From positions 1,792,001 through 1,856,000 of the forward strand of contig CBDIIB010000005.1 in NCBI GenBank assembly GCA_965279525.1: a stretch of DNA of 64,000 nucleotides, read 5' to 3'. Every line of letters starts with the position of its first letter. The stretch's first letter is position 1. A program made the translations under genes and the position numbers. The stretch comes from Tagaea sp. (GTDB taxonomy: Bacteria > Pseudomonadota > Alphaproteobacteria > CACIAM-22H2). Of this stretch, positions 38,401-50,377 are shown piece after piece. The notes beneath the pieces were generated by a model. The model was not told the origin of the DNA. It saw nothing but the letters and a program-made list of their open reading frames with translations, and made no database searches.

Positions 38401-41324
38401 CGATGGAGGCCGACGCCAATGTCGCCGCCGCGACCCAGCGCCTCGACGCGACGGCAGCATCCGTCGCCAAGGACGCGCACGAGGTCGCCGTCGCGGTCGA
38501 CCGCGCGTCCGCGCGCATCGAGGCGACGGGGGCCGTCGCCTTGCGCGAGAACGAGCAGCTGGTGCTTGCCGCCGACCAGTCGACCGCACGCCTGCGCGCC
38601 ACCGGCGAGACCGTACGCGGCGAGACCAACGCGCTCGTCCATGCCGCGGAAGCCGGCATCGCGCAGTCGGCCGCCTATGCCGAGACGTTGCGCGTGCGCG
38701 GCATCGATCTGTCCGAGACCGCGGCCCGCGTGGGCACGCAGCTGGGCGAATTGCACGAAGCGCTTCGCACCCAGACCATCGACCTTGGCACGGTTGCCGA
38801 AGACAAGACCGCGATCCTCGCGCGCTCGGCCGAAACGCTGCGCCTGGGGACCGAGGCGATCGACGCCGCTGCCGCTGCCGCACGCCTGCGCCTCGACGAG
38901 GCCGCCGGCGACGTGGCGCGCAACGCGCGCGATTTCGAGGCGACGGCGCACCAGGCCACCCAGCGCCTGCGCGAAGGTGCCGAGACGCTGCGCCAGCGCG
39001 CCAGCGAGGCCGACGCCAACATCGCCGCGACCACGCAGCATCTGGATTCGACCGCCGCGTCGCTCGCCAAGGACGCGCACGAGGCGGCCAATGCCGTCGA
39101 CCGCGCAAGTGCCCGCATGGAAGCGAGTGCGGAAGCCGCACGGCGCGAGAACGAGCAGATCGTGCTCGCCGCCGACCAGTCGGCCGCGCGCGTGCGCGGA
39201 GCGGGCGAGACGTTCCGCACCGAGACGAATGCACTTGTCCATGCCGCCGAGCAGGGGCTCGACCGGGCGGGCCAGCTCGAGACGGCGATCGCACAGCGCG
39301 CGCTGGAAACCAGTGCCGCCGCCGACCGCGCGCTCACGCGCCTCGACGAGGCGGCCGACTCGCTGCGCAAGCGCGGCCTCGAGATGACCGAGGTGTCGGG
39401 CAGTGCCGTGCTTTCGATCGGCAATGCGGGGCAGGTGCTGCGCCGCGAGACCGAGGAGCTTGCGAGCGCATCCGCGCAGTCGGCCACGCGCGTCAACGAG
39501 ATCGCGGCCCTTCTCGACCAGCGTTCGGGCGAGCTTGCCTCGATCGCCGCCCAGGCGGGCCAGCGGCTCAAGGAGACGTCCGAATCGCTGCGGGCGCGCA
39601 CAAGCGAGCTTGAAGGGTCGGCCGACCGTTCGGCCACGCGCGTGGGCGCCATCGATTCGAGCCTGCGCGACCAGTCGCTGGCGCTCTTGAAGACGATCGA
39701 ACAGGTATCGGGCCGCGCGGGTGAAGTGGGCGCCGTTCTCGAAAACCAGGTTGCCGCCGTCGCGCGCGCGTCGGACGACGCGACCGCACGTCTGCGTGCG
39801 TCTTCCGACGTGTTCCGCGACCGCGCCACCGAGATGCAGGCCCTTTCCGTCGCCACCACCGAGAAGGTCTCGGCGACGGGTGCCGAAACCGAGCGCCGGC
39901 TGCAGGCGCTGGCCACGAACGCGGTCGAGACGGCGGGCCGTCTGGAAGAAAGCGGCGAAGCCTTCCGCCAGCGCCTCGGCGACATGAACCGGGCGGCCAC
40001 CAGCGTGGGCGGCCTGCTCGCCGAGGCGAGCGAGACGTTCCGCCGCCACACCGGCGACCTGCAGGTCGCGGTCGACGGCGCCTTGTCGCGCATCGGCCAG
40101 TCGGGCCAGGCGCTGCGCGAGCGCACGGTCGATCTGGGCGGGGCGGCGGACGCCGCCGAAGCGCGCCTCTCCATGGTCGCCGAACTGCTGCGCGGCAACG
40201 CCGGCTCGCTTGCCGACATCGCCGACCGTTCCTCGATCAAGCTCGATGCCTTGGGCGAAGCCCTCGTGCGCCGGGCGGCCGAGCTTTCCGCCATGTCCGA
40301 CGGCACGGCCGCGCGCCTTGCCACGGTCGACGCCACGCTGGGCGAGCAGCGCGAGAACCTCGTGCGCACGCTGGAGGAGCTGGGCGGGCGTGCCAACGAA
40401 CTTGGCCAGGTGCTGCGCGGCCAGGCCGACCATCTCAACGGCGTCGTCGCCGAAGCGGGCGAACGCCTGTCGGAAGTGGGCGCCCAGTTCGACCGGCAGG
40501 CCCGCGAGGCGGCGGATGCCGCGACGGTGGCCAGCCAGCGCATCGGCGAGACCGGAACGTCGCTGCGCCGCCGCTCGGACGAGCTGCAGTCGGCCGCCCA
40601 GGATGGCGGCATGAAGCTCGAAGCCACCGGCGAAAGCTTCCGCCGGCGCGCGGAGGAAGTCATGGCCGCCGTCGGCCAGGCGGCCGCGCGCATCGCGGGC
40701 GTGGGCGAAAGCTTCGCGCGCCAGACGCGCGAGCTGGGTGTCGCGATGGATGCCGCCGAGCGGCGTATCGCGGAAGCCGAACGGCTGCTCGCGGTCCAGT
40801 CCGAGACGCTGGATGCCGCGGCCTCGAAGGTCACGCGCGAGGCCTCGGATGCGACCGACGCGTTCCGCCGCCAGGCGGACGATCTGGCGGCTGCCGCCGC
40901 TTCGGCCAACGACGCGCAGTCGCGCCTTACCTCCAGCGAGTTCGAGGCCAAGCGCGGGCGCTTCCTGCGTGCCTCGCGCCTCGTGGTCGAGGGCCTCAAC
41001 TCGCTGTCGATCGATCTCGCGCGCACGCTCGATCCGAGCGTCACCGACCGCGTGCTGAAGGAGTTCCTCGGCGGCGACCGCGGCGTGTTCGTGCGCCGGC
41101 TCCTGCGCCTCAACTGGGGCACCACGGGCCGCGTCGTGCAGAAGCGCTACGGCGAGGACGCGGATTTCCGGCGCTACGTCACCGACTATCTCACGCAGTA
41201 CGACCGCCTGATCGCCGACGCGCGCGAGGCCGATCCCGAGAACGTGCTCGTGTCGACCTTCCTGTCGGCCGACGTGGGCAAGCTCTACATGACGCTGGCG
41301 TCGATCGTGGGCTGGAAGAAGTGA
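35409..41324 (+). CDS. Very large membrane-anchored coiled-coil/apolipoprotein-repeat protein, GPR/RgsE/TipN-like polar landmark
   Basis: 1971 aa; two N-terminal TM helices, long amphipathic helical repeats, C-terminal GDRGVFVRRL...FRRYV..YL...GKLY..LA domain. Confidence 0.72.
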   Translation: MDDKKTGPRLIRTLEAQTDQTVRAANDPGGPVYEPLPPVGRRSFLVAASLSAAWIVAVLWYANAQVGFSAFGEMLPHELGAFVGGAAMPLMVLWFVFAYLARGRDLARHARALEVRLSELAYPAERAELKLRTIGESLHEQAQALAAASDSATNRLSEARQGLSTQASELTTVSDQAAMRAMQVMAGLRRHADGLERVTALLSSRVQVVEAAVREQADALSGASDRALSQSREINATLREQIETLASTNEKTAANAGAIREALREQSQDLAETTERARARAAEIRSILADQSSALMDATEGALDRAREVGELLRKQSDAFADAAETAEGRASAASVEMGSARRSAEAASDNLAEASDKLLGLARELARQSDTTQNALRAQMATLAEAAGDAQTRVDTAGAAIRERTDDVTTAAVRMNDVATNLGAETRNLQATLERLAARTEASSESVRRQGHELATAADQAVARVRAAGEAFHSQSRELADAAAQALARVGATTAGFSEVAREVAMRTQEAEAKAAAIGEDMRRHGTGLVEAADTAGRSAGEAGAKLAREVEAILRASGALAAEAMSTESMLQTETHLVAEAAQRARASVEGAGASLKARMEDLDASSRRVGESQVALDGLAQRSQESLDRVAGRVDASGEVARRRADELVVAADQAAQRVRVTGEGFRVQAQDMVHAADLGLARSEELGATLKRRAEEIDSASERTTQRLDTLAEHVRAQSVALSDTAGDTAQKLGNSGEAVRLKVEALEGAADAAIARLGDAATSVDRRAKDLDTTAALAAQRLDESGEKLRARGLEAEANVAAATQRLDATAVALGQNAREVATALDRAAARMEATGEVARNEGAQLEVGAEQAAARVRMAGDGFRQETQGLVRAAETGMAQSDAYAEALKHRAEEMVQTSARVGERLDALHGSLRGQTVELAETASQKAGELDRAGETLRLKAEAIEATAQAARLRIDEAASDVARNAKDLDATAHQATQRLRDGAEQLRQRTMEADANVAAATQRLDATAASVAKDAHEVAVAVDRASARIEATGAVALRENEQLVLAADQSTARLRATGETVRGETNALVHAAEAGIAQSAAYAETLRVRGIDLSETAARVGTQLGELHEALRTQTIDLGTVAEDKTAILARSAETLRLGTEAIDAAAAAARLRLDEAAGDVARNARDFEATAHQATQRLREGAETLRQRASEADANIAATTQHLDSTAASLAKDAHEAANAVDRASARMEASAEAARRENEQIVLAADQSAARVRGAGETFRTETNALVHAAEQGLDRAGQLETAIAQRALETSAAADRALTRLDEAADSLRKRGLEMTEVSGSAVLSIGNAGQVLRRETEELASASAQSATRVNEIAALLDQRSGELASIAAQAGQRLKETSESLRARTSELEGSADRSATRVGAIDSSLRDQSLALLKTIEQVSGRAGEVGAVLENQVAAVARASDDATARLRASSDVFRDRATEMQALSVATTEKVSATGAETERRLQALATNAVETAGRLEESGEAFRQRLGDMNRAATSVGGLLAEASETFRRHTGDLQVAVDGALSRIGQSGQALRERTVDLGGAADAAEARLSMVAELLRGNAGSLADIADRSSIKLDALGEALVRRAAELSAMSDGTAARLATVDATLGEQRENLVRTLEELGGRANELGQVLRGQADHLNGVVAEAGERLSEVGAQFDRQAREAADAATVASQRIGETGTSLRRRSDELQSAAQDGGMKLEATGESFRRRAEEVMAAVGQAAARIAGVGESFARQTRELGVAMDAAERRIAEAERLLAVQSETLDAAASKVTREASDATDAFRRQADDLAAAAASANDAQSRLTSSEFEAKRGRFLRASRLVVEGLNSLSIDLARTLDPSVTDRVLKEFLGGDRGVFVRRLLRLNWGTTGRVVQKRYGEDADFRRYVTDYLTQYDRLIADAREADPENVLVSTFLSADVGKLYMTLASIVGWKK
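37370..39300 (+). repeat. Internal 600-nt (200-aa) tandem repeat, 3+ copies
   Basis: Matching segments at 37801/38401/39001 (GAAGCCAACGTCGCCGCCGCGACCCAGCG...) and 37381/37981/38581/39181. Confidence 0.85.
41268..41322 (+). repeat. Direct repeat copy 1 (3' end of the 1971-aa gene)
   Basis: 55 nt, 53/55 identical to 42094-42148. Confidence 0.92.
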
Positions 41325-41333
41325 TGCAGGTGG

Positions 41334-41987
41334 CTATTTGCCGATAGACCAGATCGTCCCGCCGTCCGGCGCAGGCGTGAATTTCATCGGCAACACGACG
41401 CGTTTGCCGCAGCCCGCGAAGGTCCAGTCTTCGTTCCAGACGCCATTGCGGACCTTGTCGCCTTCGGTTTCCGCGTGAGGTGCCTTCGTCAGCGTCGTAT
41501 GGAAGAGCCGTGCTTCCTTGCAACCTCCAAGTCGCGCGCTTGCGACGACGTAACTTCCGGTCATTGCATCGGCATACAGCTGGAATGAAGCGATGGAACT
41601 GCCGGGCGCAAGCATGCCCGGCTCTGGCGCCGTGCCCGGCTTGGCGGCGAACTGAACATTATACCGCTTGATCTCGCCGCAGCGCGTGGCGTCGTAGCCG
41701 AGCCGCCATGCGCCGCTGGCAGCGTGTGCGGCGCCATCCGGAAGGTTGATCGGACTCTGGATTGTGAGGGTTTCGAGCTTGATCTGATAGTCGCCGATGC
41801 ATTCGATTCCAAATGCCCTGTCGAGACGGACAGCGACGTCGATCAGCGTCTTTCGGACTTCACTCGATGCGAGGTACTTCGCGATAGGCGAACCGGCCTT
41901 GATCTGCCGCGGATCGCTTATGATCTCGGCATTGGCCAAAGAAGTCGTAACCACACAGGCAGCAAGGGCCGTTAGCGCGAATCGCAT
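41334..41987 (-). CDS. Secreted hypothetical protein (islet cargo)
   Basis: 217 aa, signal peptide, paired Cys motifs (TRCG, AGCG), visibly more AT-rich codons than neighbours. Confidence 0.72.
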   Translation of the reverse strand: MRFALTALAACVVTTSLANAEIISDPRQIKAGSPIAKYLASSEVRKTLIDVAVRLDRAFGIECIGDYQIKLETLTIQSPINLPDGAAHAASGAWRLGYDATRCGEIKRYNVQFAAKPGTAPEPGMLAPGSSIASFQLYADAMTGSYVVASARLGGCKEARLFHTTLTKAPHAETEGDKVRNGVWNEDWTFAGCGKRVVLPMKFTPAPDGGTIWSIGK

Positions 41988-42083
41988 TTCGCTCTCCTAC
42001 GATCGTATACAATCTCCGGAAGCAGTATTGCCGGAGGCGTCGATCAACTCAAGGGAGTCTCACTCGTAGAGTGTCGGCTCCCG

Positions 42084-42148
42084 CCGCCTGATCGCCGACG
42101 TAGGCAAGCTCGACATGACGCTGGCGTCGATCGTGGGCTGGAAGAAGT
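42084..42148 (+). repeat. Direct repeat copy 2 (non-coding, internally deleted duplicate of gene end)
   Basis: 42084-42100 equals 41204-41220; 42094-42148 matches 41268-41322; joined through shared GCCGACG. Confidence 0.9.
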
Positions 42149-42157
42149 AGCGGCCGC

Positions 42158-43288
42158 TCAGGCCCGCCAGGCTGGAACGGCGCGTGCGAGCGTCCACATC
42201 AGCCGGTCGAGGTCGGCGGTCATTGCCGTCGTGCGGTCGCGCGTGTTGAGCAGGCCCGCCCAGCTCAGGCCGCTGCGCGTCCATACCGCGATCGTCGCCG
42301 TGCCGCCGAGACTGCCGGTGTGCCACCGGTTCCCGGCCGCGTTGATGCTCCAGCCGCGCGCGTAGCGCGGATTGGCGTCGGTCGGCCGCGTCATGGCCGC
42401 GACGCCGGCCTCCGTCAGCAGCGGGGGCCGCGTGCGGCGTGCCGCGCCGGCGACGAACAATGCCACCTCGGCCGGCGTGGCGATCCAGCCGCCATGCGAG
42501 TCCATCCGGCGGACGTTGTAGGCATAGGGATCGTCGCGGCCGGTCGGGTGGTAGCGGACTTCGTTCGCCTGCCGCTCGCCACGGGTGTTGCCGGCGATCG
42601 CCATGCCGCCGGCACCGGCCGGTGCCAGCACGTTCTCGCGCACGAATGCGTCATAGGGCTTTCCGGTCGCGTGCTCGATGATCCGGCCGAGCAGGCAATA
42701 GCCGAAATTCGAATAGCTGAAGGCCGTGCCCGGCGCGGACATCACGCGGCGGTTGGCGAGGGTCCACGCGATCAGCCGCGCATGGCTCATCTCCGGGTGC
42801 TGCATCATCGGATCGCTTGCGTCGTTGGGCCAGGCGCCGGCGGTGTGGGTCAGCAGATGGTCGATCGTGACAGCGCGCAGCGGCGAATCCGCCGCGACCC
42901 CGGCGCCCGCCGGCCCGAGCGCGCCGGCGGGACCGAAGACGGCCATGTCCGGCGAAAGCGTGCCGGCCTCGAAAAGCCGGAACATCGCGGTTGCGGTGAC
43001 GGGCTTGGAAATGCTGGCGATGCGGAAGCGGTGTGCTGTCGTCAACGCCTCGCCGGCCGACCGGTCGGCGAGGCCATACGCACCCTGCCAGACGACCTGG
43101 TCGCCCCGCACGATCGCGGCACCGAATCCCGGAACGCCGTGCGCGGCCATGAAGGTCCCGACCGCGGCGTCCATCGCCGCCCGCTCGGCAGGACCGGGCG
43201 CAGCCGGCGTCTGGGCCGCGGCCGGCCGGGCAATCCCGACGGCAGCCGCGAATCCGCCGAACAGCAATCGACGACGGCCCGGATCCAT
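42158..43288 (-). CDS. Serine hydrolase, beta-lactamase/AmpC fold, Tat-exported
   Basis: GRRRLL twin-arginine leader, FRIASISK (SxxK), LLTHTAG, YSN, HTG. Confidence 0.88.
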   Translation of the reverse strand: MDPGRRRLLFGGFAAAVGIARPAAAQTPAAPGPAERAAMDAAVGTFMAAHGVPGFGAAIVRGDQVVWQGAYGLADRSAGEALTTAHRFRIASISKPVTATAMFRLFEAGTLSPDMAVFGPAGALGPAGAGVAADSPLRAVTIDHLLTHTAGAWPNDASDPMMQHPEMSHARLIAWTLANRRVMSAPGTAFSYSNFGYCLLGRIIEHATGKPYDAFVRENVLAPAGAGGMAIAGNTRGERQANEVRYHPTGRDDPYAYNVRRMDSHGGWIATPAEVALFVAGAARRTRPPLLTEAGVAAMTRPTDANPRYARGWSINAAGNRWHTGSLGGTATIAVWTRSGLSWAGLLNTRDRTTAMTADLDRLMWTLARAVPAWRA

Positions 43289-43331
43289 CGGCGTTTCTTG
43301 CGCCCGTCCGGGGATCGGAGTCAACGTCCGG

Positions 43332-43829
43332 TCAGTACAGCGACCCGTCGGAGCGGAAGACGAGCGAGTAGCACAGGAAGATCGCGATCGCGGATCCGCC
43401 GTTGGTCATCGGGATGATGATGTTCTCGACCGTCTTGTGCCGTTCCTGATGGCGGAAAGAAAGCTGGCCCCGCCGCCAGGTGGCCTCGCCCGTGCCGGCC
43501 ATCCGGCGGTAGCGTTCGAGGATGCCCGGTTCGCGCTCGATCCGGTCCCGGTGCATGTCGATGAACGACTTGCCCGTCGGATCGCGCTCGAGCGATGCGA
43601 CCTCCATCGTGCCGCACAGGCGGTAGGAAAGCGCGAACGGTTCGTGCTGCACGTCGAGCATCCAGATGCGCGCGAGAAGGTCGGGAATGTCGACCGGATC
43701 GAAGTTCCGTCGCGACGGCGGCCCGCCATCCGGCGCGATCCTCCGCACATAGCGCCACAGCCGGTCGACGTTCGGATGCCAGCCCGCGATTCCGTCGGGC
43801 GGCACGATCTCGTAGGAAATCGCGCTCAT
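43332..43829 (-). CDS. Stand-alone PAS-domain protein (PAS_5-like)
   Basis: LWRY...PSRRNFDPVDIPDLL..IWMLDV...YRLCGT...DPTG pattern; start uncertain. Confidence 0.78.
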   Translation of the reverse strand: MSAISYEIVPPDGIAGWHPNVDRLWRYVRRIAPDGGPPSRRNFDPVDIPDLLARIWMLDVQHEPFALSYRLCGTMEVASLERDPTGKSFIDMHRDRIEREPGILERYRRMAGTGEATWRRGQLSFRHQERHKTVENIIIPMTNGGSAIAIFLCYSLVFRSDGSLY

Positions 43830-43896
43830 CGGGATGCGCATCCGGGGGGCAGGCGCGACGTCATGCCACCATGGTATGCCGTTGCGGCGACGTCCG

Positions 43897-46608
<2,712 letters not shown>

Positions 46609-46807
46609 GCAGACAGACCTCGATAATCGCGGGATTCGCCGACGGGCCGCCCCCGGCGTCGGGCACCGGAGAGATAGGGCCAGAAGAACGGCATGTCAAC
46701 GCGGCCCTCGCGGGCGGATTTCGGCCCGGTTCCGGCCTTGTTCGCGCCGGCTTTCCCGTGCAAGAGTTCCGCCGCCCATTTCCGGGCCCGATGAAAGGAT
46801 TTTCCCG

Positions 46808-47671
46808 ATGCTCCGCCTTGCCGCGCGTTTCGCCGTTCTTGCCGTGCTGACCGGTCTTGCCGGCGTTGCCGCGGCCCAGGCGCCGCGCCCCGTACCGGTC
46901 CCGGCGGGCGAGGATCCGGTGGTGGCGCGCGTCGAGGGTGTGGCGATCCGCCGCTCCGACGTGATCAATTTCCAGCGCTCGCTGCCCCCGCAGCTGCAGC
47001 AGATGCCGGTCGAAGCGCTGTTCGAGCCGATCGTCGACCGGCTCGTCTCGCAGAAGCTGATCGCGGCGCAAGGCCGCAAGGACAACCTGCAGAACGACCC
47101 CGAGGTGAAGGCGCGCATCGTGCAGTTCGAGGAGCGCGTGATGCAGGAAACCGTCCTCAACCGCATGCTCGAGACGCGGATGACGGATGCCGCCCTGCGC
47201 GAGCGCTTCGCCACCTACCAGAAGGAAAATCCCGGCCGCGAGGAGATCCGCGCGCGCCACATCCTGGTCGCCAACGAACAGGCCGCCCAGGGCATCATCG
47301 CGGAACTGGGCAAGGGCGGCGATTTCACCAAGATCGCCGGCGACCGGTCGATCGATCCGGCCGGCAAGCAGTCGGGCGGCGATCTCGGCTTCTTCGGCAA
47401 GGACGACATGGTGCCGGAATTCTGGACGGCCGCCTCGAGCCTCAAGGCCGGCGAGACGACCAAGGCACCGGTCAAGAGCCAGTTCGGCTGGCACGTGATC
47501 CGCGTCGAGGAGCGCCGCATGGCGTCCGAGAGCTTCGAGGAAGTGCGCGAGAAGCTCGCCGGCGACATGTCGCAGGAGCTGATGAACGGCTATGTCGAGG
47601 ACCTGATCAAGAAGGCGAAAGTCGAACGTTTCGCGCTCGACGGCAAGCCGCTGCCGGCCCCGGCGAAGTAG
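46808..47671 (+). CDS. Parvulin-type peptidyl-prolyl isomerase
   Basis: Signal peptide, RARHILV, GGDLGFF, MVPEF, PVKSQFGWHVI. Confidence 0.92.
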   Translation: MLRLAARFAVLAVLTGLAGVAAAQAPRPVPVPAGEDPVVARVEGVAIRRSDVINFQRSLPPQLQQMPVEALFEPIVDRLVSQKLIAAQGRKDNLQNDPEVKARIVQFEERVMQETVLNRMLETRMTDAALRERFATYQKENPGREEIRARHILVANEQAAQGIIAELGKGGDFTKIAGDRSIDPAGKQSGGDLGFFGKDDMVPEFWTAASSLKAGETTKAPVKSQFGWHVIRVEERRMASESFEEVREKLAGDMSQELMNGYVEDLIKKAKVERFALDGKPLPAPAK

Positions 47672-47679
47672 TCTTCCCC

Positions 47680-48912
47680 ATGTCGCACGCCGTTTCGCCG
47701 CTCGCACCGGCCACGTTTCCCGTCCTTCCCGCGATCGCCGGCATGCGCCTGGCGACGACGCTGACCGGCATGCGCTACAAGGGCCGCGACGACCTGTTCC
47801 TTGCGGCCTTCGCGCCCGGCACGGCCGTCGCGGGCGTGTTCACGTCCAACAAGATGCCCGGCGTGCCGGTCGACTGGTGCCGCAAGCATATCGCCGGCGG
47901 CAGGGCCCGCGGGCTCGTCGTCAATGCCGGCAACGCCAACGTCTTCACCGGCAAGGCGGGTGCGGCCGCCTGCGCCGAGACCGCGAAGGCGGCGGCCAAG
48001 GCGCTGGGCTGCAAGGCGGGCGAGATCTTCATTTCCTCGACCGGCGTGATCGGCCAGGTGCCGGACGCGGCGAAGCTTTCGGCCGCGACGTCGGCCGCTG
48101 GCCAGCGGCTCGGCACCGCATCGATCGAGGATGCCGCGCGCGCGATGATGACGACCGACACCTTCGCCAAGGGCGCGGGTGCCACCGCGCGCGTCGGCGG
48201 CAAGTCCGTGCGTGTCGCCGGCATTGCCAAGGGCAGCGGCATGATCGCGCCCGCGATGGCCACGATGCTCGCCTACGTGTTCACCGATGCGGCCGTGTCG
48301 CCCGCCGTGCTGCGCGCGATCCTGAAGGACGTGGCCGCGCGCACCTTCAACGCGATCACGGTCGACGGCGACACCTCGACATCCGACACGCTGCTCGCGT
48401 TCGCCACCGGCGCAGCCGGCAACAAGCCGGTCTCCGGCGTTTCGTCCGCCGACGCGGCTGCATTGAAGAAGGCCATCGAGGCCGTCTGCCTCGACCTTGC
48501 CATCCAGGTCGCCAAGGACGGCGAGGGGGCGCAGAAACTGGTCCAGGTCGACGTGACGGGGGCGGCCAGCGACACGGCCGCACGCACGATTGGCATGGCG
48601 ATCGCCAACTCGCCGCTGGTCAAGACCGCCATCGCGGCGGCCGACGCCAACTGGGGCCGCATCGTGATGGCCGTGGGCAAGAGCGGCGAGAAGGCCGACC
48701 GCGACAGGCTGAAGGTTTCGGTCGGCGGCACGGTCATCGCGCGCAAGGGCATGCCCGTGCCCGGCTACGACGAGGCACCGGTCGCCGCCCACATGCAGGG
48801 GCGCGACGTGCGCATCGCGGTCGACATCGGCCTTGGCAAGGGCAAGGCGCGCGTGTGGACCTGCGATCTGACCCACGCCTATATCGACATCAATGGCAGC
48901 TACCGGAGCTGA
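47680..48912 (+). CDS. argJ: Bifunctional ornithine acetyltransferase / N-acetylglutamate synthase
   Basis: NAGNAN, STGVIG, MTTDT, KGSGMIAPAMATML, DGEGA, WTCDLT...INGSYRS. Confidence 0.97.
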   Translation: MSHAVSPLAPATFPVLPAIAGMRLATTLTGMRYKGRDDLFLAAFAPGTAVAGVFTSNKMPGVPVDWCRKHIAGGRARGLVVNAGNANVFTGKAGAAACAETAKAAAKALGCKAGEIFISSTGVIGQVPDAAKLSAATSAAGQRLGTASIEDAARAMMTTDTFAKGAGATARVGGKSVRVAGIAKGSGMIAPAMATMLAYVFTDAAVSPAVLRAILKDVAARTFNAITVDGDTSTSDTLLAFATGAAGNKPVSGVSSADAAALKKAIEAVCLDLAIQVAKDGEGAQKLVQVDVTGAASDTAARTIGMAIANSPLVKTAIAAADANWGRIVMAVGKSGEKADRDRLKVSVGGTVIARKGMPVPGYDEAPVAAHMQGRDVRIAVDIGLGKGKARVWTCDLTHAYIDINGSYRS

Positions 48913-49354
48913 CGGCTGCGACGATCCGGTGCTGTCGGCGCGGCTGGCGGCACCCGCGCGCGTGCTGCTCGTCGTCGCGGTGGCGCTGATCGATGCCGAC
49001 GGACGCGTGCTCCTGGCGCGCCGCCCGCCGGGCAAGGCGATGGCCGGGCTGTGGGAGTTTCCCGGCGGCAAGGTCGCCGACGGCGAGACGCCTGAAGCCG
49101 CCCTCGTGCGCGAACTCAACGAGGAACTCGGGCTCGATCTTTCGCACGCGTGCCTTGCCCCGCTGACCTTCGCGTCGCACCGCTACGAGGATTTCCACCT
49201 GCTGATGCCGCTCTATGCGGCGCGCAACTGGAAGGGCATGCCTAGCCCTCGCGAGGGCCAGGAGCTGGCGTGGGTGCGGCCGAACAGGCTTTCCGAATAT
49301 CCGATGCCGCCGGCCGACGTGCCGCTGGTGGCGATGCTGCGCGACCTACTTTAG
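48893..49354 (+). CDS. mutT: 8-oxo-dGTP diphosphatase (Nudix)
   Basis: WEFPGGKV...E....AL.REL.EELG Nudix box; follows argJ; start uncertain (48893 or 48929). Confidence 0.88.
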   Translation: MAATGADGCDDPVLSARLAAPARVLLVVAVALIDADGRVLLARRPPGKAMAGLWEFPGGKVADGETPEAALVRELNEELGLDLSHACLAPLTFASHRYEDFHLLMPLYAARNWKGMPSPREGQELAWVRPNRLSEYPMPPADVPLVAMLRDLL

Positions 49355-50263
49355 CGGGGGCGGGCGCACGTCGAGGGCGTCGGCCAGACGGTGGACGGCG
49401 CTGCCGGGCTTGAGCGCCTTGGGCTGGTTCGCGTGCGGCGCCCACGCGGTCAGGTTCAGCACCTGGAACGTCGCCGGCATCCGGTGATCGGCATCGGCGA
49501 ACAGGTCCTCGTAGATCGCCGCGGCGCGCAGCAGCGTCGAACGCCGCGTGAAATCCTTGCGCCGCTCGAGAATCGCGTTCGCCTCGCCCATGCCGCGCAG
49601 GTCGCGCATCAGGTCGAGCGCGTTCTCGTAGGAAACCGTGATCGTGTCGGCATCGACGACCGGCAGCGCGAAGCCGGCGCGTTGCAAAAGCGCACCGGCA
49701 TCGCGCACGTCGGCGAACGGCGACACCCGCGGGCCCGCCCCGCCGGTCTCGGCGACTTCCGCCTCGACAAGAGCCCGGCGCAGTTCCACCAGCGTCTCGC
49801 CGCCGAGGATCGCCGCCAAAAAGAGTCCGTCCGGCTTCAGCGCGCGGCGTGCCTGCAAAAGCGCGCCCGGCAGGTCGTTGGTCCAGTGTAGCGACAGGCA
49901 GCTCACGATCAGGTCGAAGCTGCCGTCGGCGAAGGGCAGGAACTCCTCGTCGGCGACCGCGACGAGGCGGGCGGGGCCACCGGCGCAAGGGCGCGCGCGT
50001 GCCGCCTTCATCATCGGGCCCGAAAGGTCGCACTGCACGATGGTCTCGATGCCGTCGCGTCCGGCAAGCAGCGGGGCCAGCACGCCCGTGCGCGCACCCA
50101 GATCGAGCACGCGCGGAAAATCGCGCGCGACGTCGTCGAGCCGTTCGACCAGCCGCTCGGCGACTTCCTGAAACAGGAAGTCGTGATCGGCGAAGTGCCG
50201 TGCCGCGCGATCGCGATGGCGGCGCACGGTGCGTCGGTCGAAGATGGAAAGCGGGCTGCCCAT
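49346..50263 (-). CDS. SAM-dependent methyltransferase (BioC/NDUFAF5-like)
   Basis: IFDR...R.RAA, VLDLG, ADEE.LPF, LHWTNDLPG, RVSPF, LMRDLRGMGE; divergent from comF. Confidence 0.88.
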   Translation of the reverse strand: MGSPLSIFDRRTVRRHRDRAARHFADHDFLFQEVAERLVERLDDVARDFPRVLDLGARTGVLAPLLAGRDGIETIVQCDLSGPMMKAARARPCAGGPARLVAVADEEFLPFADGSFDLIVSCLSLHWTNDLPGALLQARRALKPDGLFLAAILGGETLVELRRALVEAEVAETGGAGPRVSPFADVRDAGALLQRAGFALPVVDADTITVSYENALDLMRDLRGMGEANAILERRKDFTRRSTLLRAAAIYEDLFADADHRMPATFQVLNLTAWAPHANQPKALKPGSAVHRLADALDVRPPPLK

Positions 50264-50377
50264 GGGAAATTGGTAGCGCGTTTCCCGCGCGCGGGAAACC
50301 TTGCGCATACGTACCTCGCGATTGACTCGCGGGGGCGCTGCGTGCTGGCATCTTCGCCCGTGGAAATCGCCCGCCGG

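Noticed and set aside
37370-39300. CRISPR array or non-coding repeat
   Set aside because: Repeats are in-frame, 600-nt period and degenerate at codon third positions; no spacers or cas genes
37293-40433. 1046-aa antisense ORF
   Set aside because: Mirror frame of the coiled-coil gene
42158-43288. Antibiotic-resistance beta-lactamase
   Set aside because: SxxK/YxN/HTG motifs are shared by many esterases and peptidases of this fold; nothing specific for resistance
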